Source: Arsenophonus endosymbiont of Ceratovacuna japonica (GTDB lineage: Bacteria; Pseudomonadota; Gammaproteobacteria; Enterobacterales; Enterobacteriaceae). Taken from it: a DNA stretch of 64,000 bases. A program made the translations under genes and the position numbers. Below are positions 45,312 through 57,580 of the stretch, one piece after another. Under the pieces are notes generated by a model. It worked only from the letters and a program-made list of their open reading frames with translations, was not told the origin of the DNA and ran no database searches. Location: NCBI GenBank assembly GCA_024349725.1, contig AP026064.1, forward strand, positions 144,592-208,591, written 5' to 3'. Position 1 is the first letter of the stretch. Each line of letters begins with the position of its first letter.

Positions 45312-45359
45312 AATATTAATAATAAAATTATTTAAATATTAATAATAAAATTATTTAAA
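45312..45359. repeat. Tandem duplication of a 23-bp unit (about 2.1 copies)
   Basis: TATTAATAATAAAATTATTTAAA occurs at 45314-45336 and 45337-45359, identical, with 2 further matching bases upstream. Confidence 0.9.
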
Positions 45360-45524
45360 AATATTTTATTTATGATTAATCATATATAAATATATTATAT
45401 AAAAATAAATAATATTTAATTATTAAACTAATAATATTAAATAAAACTTTATTTTATCATATTTAGTGTCATTATTTATTATCTAATATAAATAATAATC
45501 ATTAATATTCATAAGGATTATATT

Positions 45525-46130
45525 GTGCTAAATAATATTAATTTAATTTTATTTAACTTTATTAATTCTATCTCAATTACATCTACTAATATGTTAATAT
45601 TAGTAACTTTTATTTCTAAAAGACTAATTTTTATATTTCCTTTAATTACTATTAGTAATTGTTTTTGGGGGGGGATGAAAAATTTATTATTTAAAAAAAT
45701 TTTTATTTGTAAAACTATTATTGCAATTATTTTAAGTTTATTTATTTCTTTTTTTATTGGTATAACTTTTCCAAGAGATAGACCTTTTGTATTAATGTGT
45801 CAACATTTTTTTATTCATGCAATGACTCCATCATTTCCAAGTAATCATGCTACTATTGCTTTTACATTTGCATTTAGTTTTTTATTTTGGCTAAAAAAAT
45901 GGATTGGTATTTTATTATTTATACCAGCATTTTTAATTTCTTGGGCAAGAATTTTCCTTAGAATACATTGGCCTTTAGACATAATTGGTGCACTTTTAGT
46001 TTCAATTGTATCTTGTATATTTAGTCAAATAATATGGAATATAATAGGTTATAAATTAATACCATATATAATTAAATATTATCAAATATTGTTTTCTTTT
46101 TTAATTAAAAAAGGTTGGATAAAATATTAA
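45525..46130 (+). CDS. ybjG: Undecaprenyl-diphosphate phosphatase, PAP2 family (YbjG-like)
   Basis: ORF track (201 aa, GTG start). MLNNINLILFNFINS matches E. coli YbjG MLENLNLSLFSLINA. PAP2 motifs PRDRPF, SFPSNHAT and ..RI.LRIHWPLDIIGALL. AAGGA lies upstream of the start. Confidence 0.8.
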   Translation: MLNNINLILFNFINSISITSTNMLILVTFISKRLIFIFPLITISNCFWGGMKNLLFKKIFICKTIIAIILSLFISFFIGITFPRDRPFVLMCQHFFIHAMTPSFPSNHATIAFTFAFSFLFWLKKWIGILLFIPAFLISWARIFLRIHWPLDIIGALLVSIVSCIFSQIIWNIIGYKLIPYIIKYYQILFSFLIKKGWIKY

Positions 46131-46779
46131 ATATAAATAATATATATATATTTTTTTATTAAGTTTAAAATAGATTTATTTATAATATTTTTATTAAATT
46201 ATTTAAAATATTTTATATTTGTTTAATTATTTTATAATTATTATAAAAATAAATAATTTATTTTATTAAATTATTAATATTATAGAAATTTTATATTTAA
46301 TATTTATGGATATATTTTTACTAAAATTTTAATAACTAATATAAATTATAATATATTATTAATATGATTATTTAATAAATTTACATTATTATTGTTATTT
46401 ATATTTTATTTATCAAGTTTTATCCATATAGTTAATTTGAGTAAAATAAATTATAAATAAATTTATAGGTAAAATATCTTTTAAAAATTATTTAATAATA
46501 TTTAATTTGATTCAATTATTTATGATTAAGTAAAATTTTTAAAATTTATTAATTAAATATATACTAGCAAATAATAAATAATGGTATAAAATATAAATAA
46601 TATTAGTATTATTTATGTTAATAATTTTTTATAATTAAAATAATATATAATATTTTAAATATGAAAATTATTTTTATATATATTTATATTTATTATAATT
46701 AAAACTTTTAATTATAATATAAAATGTTTAGAATAAGTATTAAATAATTTTAATTTTTTAAATATAACTTTAAATATTT

Positions 46780-47256
46780 ATGTCAATATTAAATATATTA
46801 CTTTATCCAGATAAACGATTACGAAAAATTTCAAAACCAGTAAAAAAAATTGATATAGAAATACAACGTATTGTTAATGATATGTTTGATACTATGTATA
46901 AAAAGGAAGGAATTGGTTTAGCTGCAATACAAGTTAATATTAATAAAAGAATCATTGTTATTGATATTTCAGAAACAAAAAATAAAAAATTAGTACTTAT
47001 AAATCCTATTATATTAGAAACATTTGGTCAAACTGGAATTGAAGAAGGTTGCCTTTCTATACCAAAACAATTAGTATTTGTACACCGTGCTCAATGGATT
47101 AAAATTAAAGCTTTAGATATTAATAATAAAGAATTTAAATTAGAAACAAATGATTTACTCTCTATTTGTATTCAACATGAAATTGATCATCTTAATGGTA
47201 AATTATTTATTGATTATCTTTCTATGTCAAAACATCAACGTTTAAACATAAAATAA
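46780..47256 (+). CDS. def: Peptide deformylase
   Basis: ORF track (158 aa). Motifs [16 protein letters not shown] and QHEIDHLNG. Confidence 0.97.
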   Translation: MSILNILLYPDKRLRKISKPVKKIDIEIQRIVNDMFDTMYKKEGIGLAAIQVNINKRIIVIDISETKNKKLVLINPIILETFGQTGIEEGCLSIPKQLVFVHRAQWIKIKALDINNKEFKLETNDLLSICIQHEIDHLNGKLFIDYLSMSKHQRLNIK

Positions 47257-47314
47257 AAAATTAGTATTTAAAAGTTAAAATAATTAAATAATATTCATTA
47301 TGTTACAATAATAT

Positions 47315-48286
47315 ATGGTTTTTTATGTGTCAAAATGTTTACGAGTTATTTTTGCAGGAACACCTGATTTTGCAGCACAACATTTAGCTGTATTATTACA
47401 AAATAAATATAAATATCATATTGTTGGTGTTTTAACTAAATCTGATAAACCATCTGGAAGAGGTAAAAAAATATTACAAAGTCCAGTAAAGATTTTAGCT
47501 AAAGAATATAATATTCCTATTTTTCAACCTATGACATTAAAGACAATAGAAAGTCAATGTTGGATTAGAAATAAATATGCTGATATTATGATTGTTGTTG
47601 CATATGGTTTAATTATACCTGAAATTATATTAAATATGATACCAATTGGTTGTATAAATATTCATGGTTCATTATTACCTCGTTGGAGGGGTGCTGCACC
47701 AGTTCAACGTTCAATTTTAGCTGGTGATAAAGAAACAGGTATTACAATTATTAAAATGGATATTGGTTTGGATACAGGTGATATATTATATAAAATAAGT
47801 TGCCCAATTGAATTAAATGATACTAGCTTAATGTTGTATAAAAAATTGATAAAAATTGGTCCTATTGCACTTTTACATACCATTGATTTGCTAATGTCAG
47901 GTAAAATAAGACCAGAAAAACAAAATAATATATTTGCTAATTATGCTAAAAAAATAAATAAAGATGAAGCATTAATTAATTGGAAGAATACTGCTGAACA
48001 AATAGAACGATATATTCGTGCTTTTAATCCTTGGCCAATAAGTTATTTTATAATTGATGATAAACTTATTAAAGTATGGAATGCGGAATTTACTAATATT
48101 AGTACATCATTGCCAGGAACAATTTTAAGTGCTGATAAATCAGGTATTAAAATAGCAACTGGAAAAGGTATTTTAAATATATTAACAATACAACCAGCTG
48201 GAAAAAAAATAATGTTAGTTAAAGATTTTTTAAATTCTAATTATAAATTATTTACTCCAGGTAGAATTATAAATACATTTTTATAG
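47315..48286 (+). CDS. fmt: Methionyl-tRNA formyltransferase
   Basis: ORF track (323 aa). ..LRVIFAGTPDFAAQHL.., HGSLLPRWRGAAPVQRSI. A GTG at 47327 would give MSKCLRVIFAGTPDF, the same length as E. coli MSESLRIIFAGTPDF, so the true start may be 47327. Confidence 0.93.
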   Translation: MVFYVSKCLRVIFAGTPDFAAQHLAVLLQNKYKYHIVGVLTKSDKPSGRGKKILQSPVKILAKEYNIPIFQPMTLKTIESQCWIRNKYADIMIVVAYGLIIPEIILNMIPIGCINIHGSLLPRWRGAAPVQRSILAGDKETGITIIKMDIGLDTGDILYKISCPIELNDTSLMLYKKLIKIGPIALLHTIDLLMSGKIRPEKQNNIFANYAKKINKDEALINWKNTAEQIERYIRAFNPWPISYFIIDDKLIKVWNAEFTNISTSLPGTILSADKSGIKIATGKGILNILTIQPAGKKIMLVKDFLNSNYKLFTPGRIINTFL

Positions 48287-48342
48287 TAAAATTCAAATAA
48301 TTTTTGTTTATATTTATTAATTAATAGGTGATTTTATTTAAT

Positions 48343-49641
48343 ATGAATAAAAAATATAACCTTAGAAGTATTTGTGCTCAAGTGATTTCTCAGGTTATCG
48401 ATAAAAAACAATCATTAACTACTGTGCTTTCAAAAAGGAAAGAAAATATATCTGATAAAGATAAATCACTTTTACAAGAACTAAGTTTTGGTATATTTAG
48501 AACGTTACCTTTATTAGAATGGTTTATACAACAATTAATAATTAAACCATTAAAAGGAAATAAACGAATTATACATAATCTTATCATAGTTGGAATTTAT
48601 CAGCTTTATTTTACTAATATTCCACCATATGCTGTGTTATCAGAAACAGTTAATGGAGCTATTATATTTAAATTAAGTCGATTAAAAAATTTAATTAATG
48701 GTGTATTAAGGCAATTTCAAAGGCAAAAACAAATATTAAGTAAAAAAGCAAATCATAATAAAAATAATTATTTGCATCCTAAATGGTTATTAAAAAAAAT
48801 TCAACAATCATATCCATTTCAATGGAAAGATATTATTTATGCTAATAATCAAAAGCCACCTATGTGGTTAAGAGTAAATCAATTATATAATTCTACTTAT
48901 GATTATTTCATATTATTACAACAATCTGGTATAGAATCTAATTTAACTAAATATAGTAAATGTGCAATTAAATTAAAAAAACCATGTGCAATTAAAAATT
49001 TAATAGGATTTAATAAAGGATGGGTAACAATTCAAGATTTATCATCTCAACAATGTGTTGAATTATTATCCCCTAAAAATAATGAATATATTCTTGATCT
49101 TTGTGCAGCTCCGGGTGGAAAGACAACTTATATACTAGAAATAGCACCTAAAGCCAATGTTTTAGCAGTAGATATTAATAAAATACGAATAAAATATATT
49201 CAAGATAATCTTAATAGATTAAAATTATATGCTAAAATTATTGTTGGTGATGGACGTAAACCACATGAGTGGATATTAAATAAAAACTTTGATCGCATAT
49301 TACTCGATGTACCTTGTTCATCTACAGGTATTATTCGTAGACATCCAGATATAAAATGGTTAAGAAAACCAAAAGATATTATTAAATTAATAAAATTACA
49401 ATATGAAATTTTAGAGTCTATCTGGCCTTATTTGAAAAATAATGGAATTTTAGTTTATTCTACTTGTTCTATTTTACCGGATGAAAATAAAGAACAAATA
49501 CAAAAATTTATTTCTAATCATCCAGATGCTTATTTATCTAATAATATAGAATCATATAAACAAATATTGCCCTCTAAATATGGTGGAGATGGTTTTTTTT
49601 ATGCTTCCTTAATAAAAAATAACACTACTATTTTGAATTAA
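48343..49641 (+). CDS. rsmB: 16S rRNA m5C967 methyltransferase RsmB
   Basis: The ORF track starts at a GTG (48328). The ATG at 48343 gives MNKKYNLRSICAQVISQVI (E. coli MKKQRNLRSMAAQAVEQVV). Motifs DLCAAPGGKTT, LLDVPCSSTG and YSTCSILPDEN. Confidence 0.93.
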   Translation: MNKKYNLRSICAQVISQVIDKKQSLTTVLSKRKENISDKDKSLLQELSFGIFRTLPLLEWFIQQLIIKPLKGNKRIIHNLIIVGIYQLYFTNIPPYAVLSETVNGAIIFKLSRLKNLINGVLRQFQRQKQILSKKANHNKNNYLHPKWLLKKIQQSYPFQWKDIIYANNQKPPMWLRVNQLYNSTYDYFILLQQSGIESNLTKYSKCAIKLKKPCAIKNLIGFNKGWVTIQDLSSQQCVELLSPKNNEYILDLCAAPGGKTTYILEIAPKANVLAVDINKIRIKYIQDNLNRLKLYAKIIVGDGRKPHEWILNKNFDRILLDVPCSSTGIIRRHPDIKWLRKPKDIIKLIKLQYEILESIWPYLKNNGILVYSTCSILPDENKEQIQKFISNHPDAYLSNNIESYKQILPSKYGGDGFFYASLIKNNTTILN

Positions 49642-49670
49642 TACTCAACTTAGCAGTGAGATAAAAGATA

Positions 49671-51047
49671 ATGAAAATTATTATATTAGGTGCAGGACAA
49701 GTTGGTGTAACACTTGCAGAAAATTTAATTTATAAAAATAATGATATTACTATAGTAGATATCAATAATGAACGTTTACGTAAATTACAAGATAAATTAG
49801 ATTTAAGATTTATTAATGGTCATGGTGCATATCCTGTAATTTTAAGAGAAGCTGGGGCAGAAGATTCTGATATGTTAATTGCTGTAACAAATTCAGATGA
49901 AATTAATATGATTGCATGTCAAGTTGCTTATTCTATTTTTCATATGCCTAATAAAATTGCTAGAATACGTGCATCTGAATACTTTAAAGAAACTAAAAAA
50001 CTTTTTACTTCTAATCATATACCAATTGATTATATTATTTCACCAGAACATCTTATAATTGATTACATCTATAAGTTAATTCAATATCCTGGAGCACTTC
50101 AGGTAGTTAATTTTGCAAGTGGTAAAGTAAGCATTGTTGCTGCAAAAGCTTATTATGGAGGTTCATTAGTAGGAAATTCTATTTCTGATATACGTAAACA
50201 TTTACCTCATATTGATACTAGAATTGCCGCTATATTTCGTCAAGATAAACCAATACGACCACAAGGGTCCACAATTATTGAATCTGGTGATGAAATTTTT
50301 TTTGTAGTAGCTACCGAATATATTCGCGATGTTATGAGTGAACTTCAACGGTTAGAAAAACCATATAAACGAATTATGATAGTTGGTGGTGGTAATATTG
50401 GAGCCGGTCTTGCTAAACAATTAGAAAAATGTTATAGTGTTAAATTAATAGAACATAATTATAAAAGAGCTATAGAATTAACTAAAATATTACATAATAC
50501 TATTGTTTTTTATGGTGATGCTTCAGATCAAGAATTATTAGCTGAAGAACATATTGAGCAAATAGATGTTTTTATTGCATTAACTAATGATGATGAAGCT
50601 AATATTATGTCGGCTATGCTTACTAAAAAAATGGGAGCAAAAAAAGTTATAGTTCTTATACAACGTTCTGCTTATATTGATCTTGTAGAATGTGGAGTTA
50701 TTGATATAGCTATATCTCCACAACAAGTAACAATTTCTTCTTTATTAGGACATATTCATAAAGCTGATATAATAAATGTTTCATATTTACATAAAGGAAT
50801 TGCTGAAGCAATAGAAGTAATTGCTCATGGGAATAAAAATACATCTAAAGTTGTTGGTAAAAAAATTTCTGAAATAAAACTGCCTCCAGGTACTATTATT
50901 GGAGCAATTATTCGTAATAATGAAGTAATTATCGCTAATAGTTATCATATTATAAAAGAAGATGATCATATTATTATGTTTATTACTGATAAAAAACACA
51001 TTTATGACGTAGAAAAAATTTTTCAACCTAGTATATTTTCTTTATAA
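49671..51047 (+). CDS. trkA: Potassium uptake protein TrkA (two NAD-binding domains)
   Basis: ORF track (458 aa). [12 protein letters not shown]..., a second Rossmann motif [13 protein letters not shown]; colinear with E. coli TrkA to ..IFQPS.F.L. Confidence 0.96.
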   Translation: MKIIILGAGQVGVTLAENLIYKNNDITIVDINNERLRKLQDKLDLRFINGHGAYPVILREAGAEDSDMLIAVTNSDEINMIACQVAYSIFHMPNKIARIRASEYFKETKKLFTSNHIPIDYIISPEHLIIDYIYKLIQYPGALQVVNFASGKVSIVAAKAYYGGSLVGNSISDIRKHLPHIDTRIAAIFRQDKPIRPQGSTIIESGDEIFFVVATEYIRDVMSELQRLEKPYKRIMIVGGGNIGAGLAKQLEKCYSVKLIEHNYKRAIELTKILHNTIVFYGDASDQELLAEEHIEQIDVFIALTNDDEANIMSAMLTKKMGAKKVIVLIQRSAYIDLVECGVIDIAISPQQVTISSLLGHIHKADIINVSYLHKGIAEAIEVIAHGNKNTSKVVGKKISEIKLPPGTIIGAIIRNNEVIIANSYHIIKEDDHIIMFITDKKHIYDVEKIFQPSIFSL

Positions 51048-51197
51048 TATTTTAATATATATTTTATTGAAAAATATATTATTTAATAAATTTTATTTAA
51101 TAAAAATTTAAAGTAATTTATTTATTAATATTAAATTATTTTATATTCTAAGCAATATATAATGGATATATTAAAATTATAAATTTGAGAATTGATT

Positions 51198-51776
51198 ATG
51201 ATTAATATTACTAAAGCAGCGCAAATTCATTTTACTAAATTATTATTAAATCAAGATATAGGTACACAAATTCGTATATTTGTTATTAATCCTGGTACAA
51301 CTTATGCAGAATGCGGCGTTTCTTATTGTTCTATTGATACAATTGAAAATATTGATATTGAGATTAAATTTAAAAAATTTTCAGTCTATATTGATAAAAC
51401 TAGTGCACCTTTTTTAAAGGATGCTAAAATAGATTTTATAAAAGATAATTTAGAATCTCAATTAATTTTAAAAGCACCTAATATTAAAATACAAAAAAAT
51501 TCAAATAATTCTCCATTAATTGAACGAATTAAATATGTTATTCAATCAAAAATTAATCCACAATTATCTAATCATGGAGGATTAGTTACATTAATAGAAA
51601 TTACTAATGACAAATATGCAATACTGCAATTTAGTGGTGGATGTAATGGTTGCTCTATGATTAATTTCACATTAAAAAATAATATTGAAAAACAATTATT
51701 AAATATGTTTCCAGATGAGTTAAAAGGAGTTAAAGATTTAACAGAACATAAACGTGGTACTCATTCTTTTTATTAA
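51198..51776 (+). CDS. nfuA: Fe/S biogenesis protein NfuA
   Basis: The ORF track starts at a TTG (51192). The ATG at 51198 gives [34 protein letters not shown] (E. coli [34 protein letters not shown]). Nfu motif GGCNGCSM. Confidence 0.93.
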   Translation: MINITKAAQIHFTKLLLNQDIGTQIRIFVINPGTTYAECGVSYCSIDTIENIDIEIKFKKFSVYIDKTSAPFLKDAKIDFIKDNLESQLILKAPNIKIQKNSNNSPLIERIKYVIQSKINPQLSNHGGLVTLIEITNDKYAILQFSGGCNGCSMINFTLKNNIEKQLLNMFPDELKGVKDLTEHKRGTHSFY

Positions 51777-51975
51777 AAATATTTTAATATAGTATTTTAT
51801 ATAAAAATTTTTAATTTTTTTAATATATACAATTATTATTAAATTAATATTAATTATTTAATAAATTTTAATTAAATTCATTAATTTCTATTATTAAAAT
51901 TAACTATATTATATAATAATTATAATGTATATTTTTTTAGATTTTATTATATATTTAAATTAAATGTATTTTAGA

Positions 51976-54900
51976 TTATATTTTTAATAAATTATTATTA
52001 ATTATATCAATTTGTGCTTGAAATGTAGGAAATGGTAATTTAATTCCATATTTCATAAAACTAGTTAATATATTTTGATGTACTTCATGACATGCAGGCA
52101 TTCTATGCCCCATTTCTGCTGCATATATACGTAATTCAAATATTTGCATACCTTGTTGTAAATCAACTAAATATACTTCAGGTGCCGGATTAGTTAAAAT
52201 TTTTGATGTTTTTTTAGCAGAGTTTATTAATATTTTACTAATTTTAGAACTATCTATATCGGCTGGAGCTGGAATAGTTAAAACAATTCGTGTAATTGTA
52301 TCAGATAATGACCAATTAATAAATTGCTCGGTAATAAATGCTTTATTAGGAACAATAATTTCTTTTCGATCCCAATCTGTTAAAGTTGTTGCTCTAATAT
52401 TAATTTTAGTAATACTTCCAGTTAAATCACGAATAGTTACAGTATCACCAATACGAATTGGTTTTTCAAATAATATCATTAATCCAGAAATAATATTTGC
52501 AAATATTTCCTGTAATCCAAAACCTAATCCTACCCCCATTGCAGCAATCAACCATTGTATTTTTGACCACTCAATACCAAACATGGAAAATCCAACTAAG
52601 CTACCAATAAGAGCAATAGTATATTTAGTTAAAGTAGTAATTGCATAACCTGTGCCAGGAGTTAAATTAAGATGTTGCAATAAAGCTAATTCTAATAATG
52701 CAGGTAAATTTCTAATTAACTGTGTTGTAATTATAATAATAAGAATATTAATAAATAGTGAACTAAGAGTAATAGGTTGAATGGTATCTACTCCATTTAC
52801 TGTAGTAGTAACATTCCAAAGTCTAATATTTTCTAAAAAAGAAAATGCTGAATGTAATTCAGACCAAATTATAATTAATGAAACTAATGCTATCATTGTT
52901 AGAATAGAGCGCACTAAACCTAAAGATTGCGCACTAATTGCATCTAAATCAATTATACTTTCTTCAATATCAATTAAACCTTCACTACTACTATTATTAT
53001 CATATTCATCTTTTGCTCGTTGAGCTAAAATATCAGCACGTCGTTGTTTTGCTCTTTCAAAAGCAATTTTACGTCGCTGAATATACATCCATCGACGAAT
53101 TATATAATAAATAATAAGCAAAAAAAACCATATTGCAACAGATGTTTCTAATCTGGCTAACAATTCTTGTGATGTTGAAAAATAACCTAATAATGCTGCT
53201 ACTGCAGAAAATATTGGTGCTATTATTAACAATAGCCATAGTATATTACTAATTATATTATAATTAGAACCGTGTCGATCTAAATAAAGTGGTACTTTTA
53301 CACGTTTAAGATTATGTGTAATTAAACTTAATGAAATACAAAGTAATAAGAAACATAATCTACCTAAGCTATGGGAAAATTCTCCATCATTATAATATTC
53401 GAATGTAATTAAAGACATCATTAATGGCGCTATAACAAAAATTGATAGTTGATAATAACGCATTGCTTTTTTTACATTTTTTTCTGACCAATTAAAATGA
53501 GAAATAAATAATCCATTTGGTAGTGCAAAAGTTGCACTAATCATAAAAATCCATAAAACTAAAATTGTTGATCTTATTCCAAATCCAATAGCACTTGCTA
53601 TAGGGAATTGCCATGCACTTTGTAGTCCATAACCAATAGCTAACCATAAAATAGGCAACGGAAGTGCTATAAGAATAGACCAAAATACAGTTTGTATAGT
53701 TAATGCAAATCTATCTTTAGTTACTTTACCAATACATGCACTAGCACGTAAAAGAAAATTATTATAATGATTATGAGTGTTAATTTTAAAAATAACAATA
53801 CTAATTGCAATAAGTAAATATAATAGACTATCTTTATTAGATAACATAATTTTAATTGCATTGCTAAGTTGAGATAAAGTATCTAATGATATTAAACGAG
53901 TTAAATCTTTAATTATTATAATAGGGTAGTTAAGATTTATAGGGTCAGTATTTGCAAGCCAGAACATATAACGATGAGTTGCATCTTTGATATCTATTAA
54001 TGCATCTGTTAATTGGGTTGTAGCAATATAAAGTTTAGTTAATTCCAATATTTCATTATCATAACTAGAAATAATTGAATTTAATAATTCTTTACGAGTT
54101 TTAATAAGTGAATTATAAATTCGTATTTGTTCTACAGTTAAATTTTTTATTTCTGTTTTTTTAGTATTATTCCTTTTATTATTAAAATTAAGATTTTCTA
54201 ACATATCTTGATATTTAAGTCTATCAATACGTTTATTAATTATTTCTTTATCAATTTGTTGATTTTTAGGAATTTCTGGTAAGTTATATAATTGTGCTCG
54301 TAATATTTCACCTAAAGTAGATGAACTACCTAACCATTGTGCTTGTTCTCGAATTATACTTAAAGCTTGACGAACAGTTAATATATTATTAGAAACTTGA
54401 CGTTGTCTTTGTTCGATATTACTTATTCTATATAATTGTTTATTAAATAATTCAGATAATTTATGATTTAATTGTATTTCTATTATTAAAAATTTAGGAA
54501 GTTCTCTTATTTGAGAAATCAACATTTCAGTATTTTTAAGTGCTAACTGTGTTTTTTGTTTTCGTTTAAAATTTAAATGATTTCGTAATTGTTGAAGCTC
54601 TTTATCTATTCGTTGATAACGTTTTTTAAAAAGATCAATTCGTAAACGACTAATTTCTTGACGATTATTAGCAGAAAGTTGTGCTATTTCCAGTTCGTTA
54701 GTTTTTGATTTTCTAGCCGATACTTCTGCTTGTACTAGATTATATTGTGCTTCAGCTAAAGGAGAAATTGGTACACGTAATGATTCTAATCTTAATATGG
54801 AATCAGAAAGTAATCGTCGAGATTCTAATAATTTTTTTGGTAATATTATTAGAGAGTCATTAATTTCACGACTTTTATCCTGTTCTTGTTGAATTTGCTT

Positions 54901-55269
54901 TCCTTGTTCAAGTAACTGACTGCTAACTTTAATAATTCGTTGTTCAAGTTCAAAAATAGTTATATTTTCTGGTATAATAATTATTTTATTGCTTTCAATA
55001 AAAAATTGTTTTTTTAGTTCTTTTATAATTTTAGGAAAATTATTAATTGTTTCTTGATAAGAATATTTTTTTTGTTTTGATTCTTTTGTTTCTGATAACC
55101 AATTTAATGCAACTTGTAATATCTGAATAATTTCTGTATTTTTTGAATTTTTATTTGCTTCTAGTTGTCTTATCTCTTTTTTAATTTGTACTTCATTAAT
55201 ATTCATTATACTAAATGCAGGTAGTATAATAAATGAGAGACTAAATAACATATATATTATTAAGTTCAT
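51976..55269 (-). CDS. mscM: Miniconductance mechanosensitive channel MscM (YjeP; MscS/MscK family)
   Basis: ORF track (1097 aa). Colinear with E. coli YjeP: LEIAQLSANNRQE, ETSVAIWF, GFGLQEIFANIISGLMILFEKPIRIGDTVTIRDLTGSITKINIRATT, and ELRIYAAEMGHRMP. It lies directly downstream of psd as in E. coli. Confidence 0.88.
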   Translation of the reverse strand: MNLIIYMLFSLSFIILPAFSIMNINEVQIKKEIRQLEANKNSKNTEIIQILQVALNWLSETKESKQKKYSYQETINNFPKIIKELKKQFFIESNKIIIIPENITIFELEQRIIKVSSQLLEQGKQIQQEQDKSREINDSLIILPKKLLESRRLLSDSILRLESLRVPISPLAEAQYNLVQAEVSARKSKTNELEIAQLSANNRQEISRLRIDLFKKRYQRIDKELQQLRNHLNFKRKQKTQLALKNTEMLISQIRELPKFLIIEIQLNHKLSELFNKQLYRISNIEQRQRQVSNNILTVRQALSIIREQAQWLGSSSTLGEILRAQLYNLPEIPKNQQIDKEIINKRIDRLKYQDMLENLNFNNKRNNTKKTEIKNLTVEQIRIYNSLIKTRKELLNSIISSYDNEILELTKLYIATTQLTDALIDIKDATHRYMFWLANTDPINLNYPIIIIKDLTRLISLDTLSQLSNAIKIMLSNKDSLLYLLIAISIVIFKINTHNHYNNFLLRASACIGKVTKDRFALTIQTVFWSILIALPLPILWLAIGYGLQSAWQFPIASAIGFGIRSTILVLWIFMISATFALPNGLFISHFNWSEKNVKKAMRYYQLSIFVIAPLMMSLITFEYYNDGEFSHSLGRLCFLLLCISLSLITHNLKRVKVPLYLDRHGSNYNIISNILWLLLIIAPIFSAVAALLGYFSTSQELLARLETSVAIWFFLLIIYYIIRRWMYIQRRKIAFERAKQRRADILAQRAKDEYDNNSSSEGLIDIEESIIDLDAISAQSLGLVRSILTMIALVSLIIIWSELHSAFSFLENIRLWNVTTTVNGVDTIQPITLSSLFINILIIIITTQLIRNLPALLELALLQHLNLTPGTGYAITTLTKYTIALIGSLVGFSMFGIEWSKIQWLIAAMGVGLGFGLQEIFANIISGLMILFEKPIRIGDTVTIRDLTGSITKINIRATTLTDWDRKEIIVPNKAFITEQFINWSLSDTITRIVLTIPAPADIDSSKISKILINSAKKTSKILTNPAPEVYLVDLQQGMQIFELRIYAAEMGHRMPACHEVHQNILTSFMKYGIKLPFPTFQAQIDIINNNLLKI

Positions 55270-55333
55270 AATATAATTCTCCAGATAAATTATTTATATC
55301 TATCATTTATTTATTATATTATTATATAATAAT

Positions 55334-56215
55334 TTATTTTTTAGCACTTAAATAATTTGATATAGCTAATAATTCACCAACTCTAGTTATAGATCCAGGA
55401 GCTAGTACAGAATTAAGTTTAATATGATTAAATTCAAATAAATTAATAACAGTTGATCCTAATTTAAATTTTCCCATTTCTTCTCCTTTTTTTAAATATA
55501 TTGCATCTATCTTATTTTTTTTTGGATAAGTCCAATATTTAATAATTTTTTCATGCTTATTATTAATACAACTACACCAACTAGTTTCTATTCTTCCCAC
55601 AATTATTGCACCTACTAAGATTTGTGCCATCTTTCCAAATGGTGTATCAAAAATACAAATTAATCTCTCATTTTGAGTAAAAATATTAGGTATTTTTATT
55701 GTTGCTAATTTATTTACAGAAAATAATTTACCGGGAATATAAATCATTTCTGTTAATAACCCATTACATGGCATATGAATGCGATGATAATCACGTGGAG
55801 ATAAATAAATAGTTATAAATATTCCATTATAAAAATTATTAACTAATATATCATTATTTGCTAGTAATGATTTTAAATCATAATAATGTCCTTTAGCTTG
55901 TAAAATTTTATCATCTTTAATAGATCCTAATTGACTTATTATTCCATCTGCAGGTAAAGAAAGTTTATTATTGCCTTCAATAATAGGACGTGCATTTTCT
56001 TTTAAGGAACGAGTAAAAAAATCATTAAAAGTAGAATAGTATGAAACATCACTTTCTTTTGCTTCAAGCATATTAACTTTATAAAATTTAATAAAAAGTT
56101 TAATTATTAATGTAGTAAAAATATTACATTTTTTATTTGCTATCCAACCTGATAATTGAGTTAACCATTGTTTATGTATTAAATATTTTAATTTAATTTT
56201 TATTTTTTTAAGCAT
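55334..56215 (-). CDS. psd: Phosphatidylserine decarboxylase proenzyme
   Basis: ORF track (293 aa). MLKKIKIKLKYLIHKQWLTQLSGW (E. coli [24 protein letters not shown]), and the self-cleavage motif FKLGSTVINLF. Confidence 0.95.
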   Translation of the reverse strand: MLKKIKIKLKYLIHKQWLTQLSGWIANKKCNIFTTLIIKLFIKFYKVNMLEAKESDVSYYSTFNDFFTRSLKENARPIIEGNNKLSLPADGIISQLGSIKDDKILQAKGHYYDLKSLLANNDILVNNFYNGIFITIYLSPRDYHRIHMPCNGLLTEMIYIPGKLFSVNKLATIKIPNIFTQNERLICIFDTPFGKMAQILVGAIIVGRIETSWCSCINNKHEKIIKYWTYPKKNKIDAIYLKKGEEMGKFKLGSTVINLFEFNHIKLNSVLAPGSITRVGELLAISNYLSAKK

Positions 56216-56689
56216 ATTAATCTCGAATATAATTTTATATTATTAAATTATAATTAAAAATATTTATTTATTTGTACTTTTTATAAATTCTATAATTATA
56301 TTAATAATTATTTTTTATATATAAAAATATAAATAATTTTATTGTTTAATTTATTATAATTATTATAATATATTATTTAATTATTATTAATTATAAATAA
56401 TAATAATTAAATTATTTATAATATTAAAATTTTTAATATTCTAAATATATAATAAATTAATAAAATTATTTATTAAATATAAATAATAAAAATATAATAT
56501 TAATATATTATTTAATATAATTTAAAATTATAATATAATTAAATAATTATAATTTTTTATAATTAAATAGTAAACTATTAATTAAATTAAATTTTTAATA
56601 TTATAATAAAATTTATAATATATCATTTTATTTTTATAATTTAAGTATTTAAAATTATATAATTAATATTATTATTTTATTTATATTTT

Positions 56690-56733
56690 TTAAATATATT
56701 AATTATTATTTAAATAATAATTAATATATTTAA
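56690..56733. repeat. Perfect 44-bp A/T palindrome (22+22, no spacer)
   Basis: Verified base by base: 56690-56711 (TTAAATATATTAATTATTATTT) is the exact reverse complement of 56712-56733. It lies in the psd-orn divergent spacer. Confidence 0.95.
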
Positions 56734-57034
56734 TAATAATTATTTTAATTTTATTAAAATAATAATTTAATTAATATTAATAATTATAAATTTAAATTAT
56801 TATTATAGTATAAATATACTAAAATTTATATTAATTTATAACATTATTTTATTAATATTATAATATTTTTATATTATATTAATAATTTCATATATTATTT
56901 ATAGCTTTTAATTAATATTTGATAATTATTTAATTAATTAATTTTATTATTGATAATAAATATATATGTATTTTAAACTATATCTATATTAAAAATTACA
57001 TATTATATATTTAAAATAAAATTTAGGATATAAT

Positions 57035-57580
57035 ATGGTAAATAGTAATAAAAATTTAATTTGGATAGATTTAGAAATGACTGGATTAGATCCACAACAA
57101 GATCGCATTATTGAAATTGCAACCATTGTTACTGATTTAAATCTAATCATTTTATCTGAAGGACCAGTAATTGCTATTCATCAATCAATGGAACAAATAT
57201 CACTTATGAATGAATGGAATATTAAAACTCATACTAAAAATGGACTTATTGATAGAATTAAATTTAGTCAATATGATGAAAGAAAAGCAGAATTAGTTAC
57301 TATTGAATTTTTAAAAAAATGGTTACCTAGTGGAGTTTCACCTATTTGTGGCAATAGTGTTGCTCAAGATAGACGTTTTTTATTTAAATATATGCCTGAT
57401 TTGGAAAGATATTTTAATTATCGTTATTTAGATGTTAGTACTTTAAAAGAGTTAGTTAGTCGATGGCATCCTGATATATTATATTATTTTAGAAAAAAAA
57501 ATACTCATAAAGCTTTAGAAGATATTAAAGAATCTATTGCAGAATTATCTTATTATCGTAAACATTTTATAAAATCTTAA
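57035..57580 (+). CDS. orn: Oligoribonuclease
   Basis: ORF track (181 aa). [20 protein letters not shown] matches E. coli [20 protein letters not shown]. Confidence 0.96.
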   Translation: MVNSNKNLIWIDLEMTGLDPQQDRIIEIATIVTDLNLIILSEGPVIAIHQSMEQISLMNEWNIKTHTKNGLIDRIKFSQYDERKAELVTIEFLKKWLPSGVSPICGNSVAQDRRFLFKYMPDLERYFNYRYLDVSTLKELVSRWHPDILYYFRKKNTHKALEDIKESIAELSYYRKHFIKS

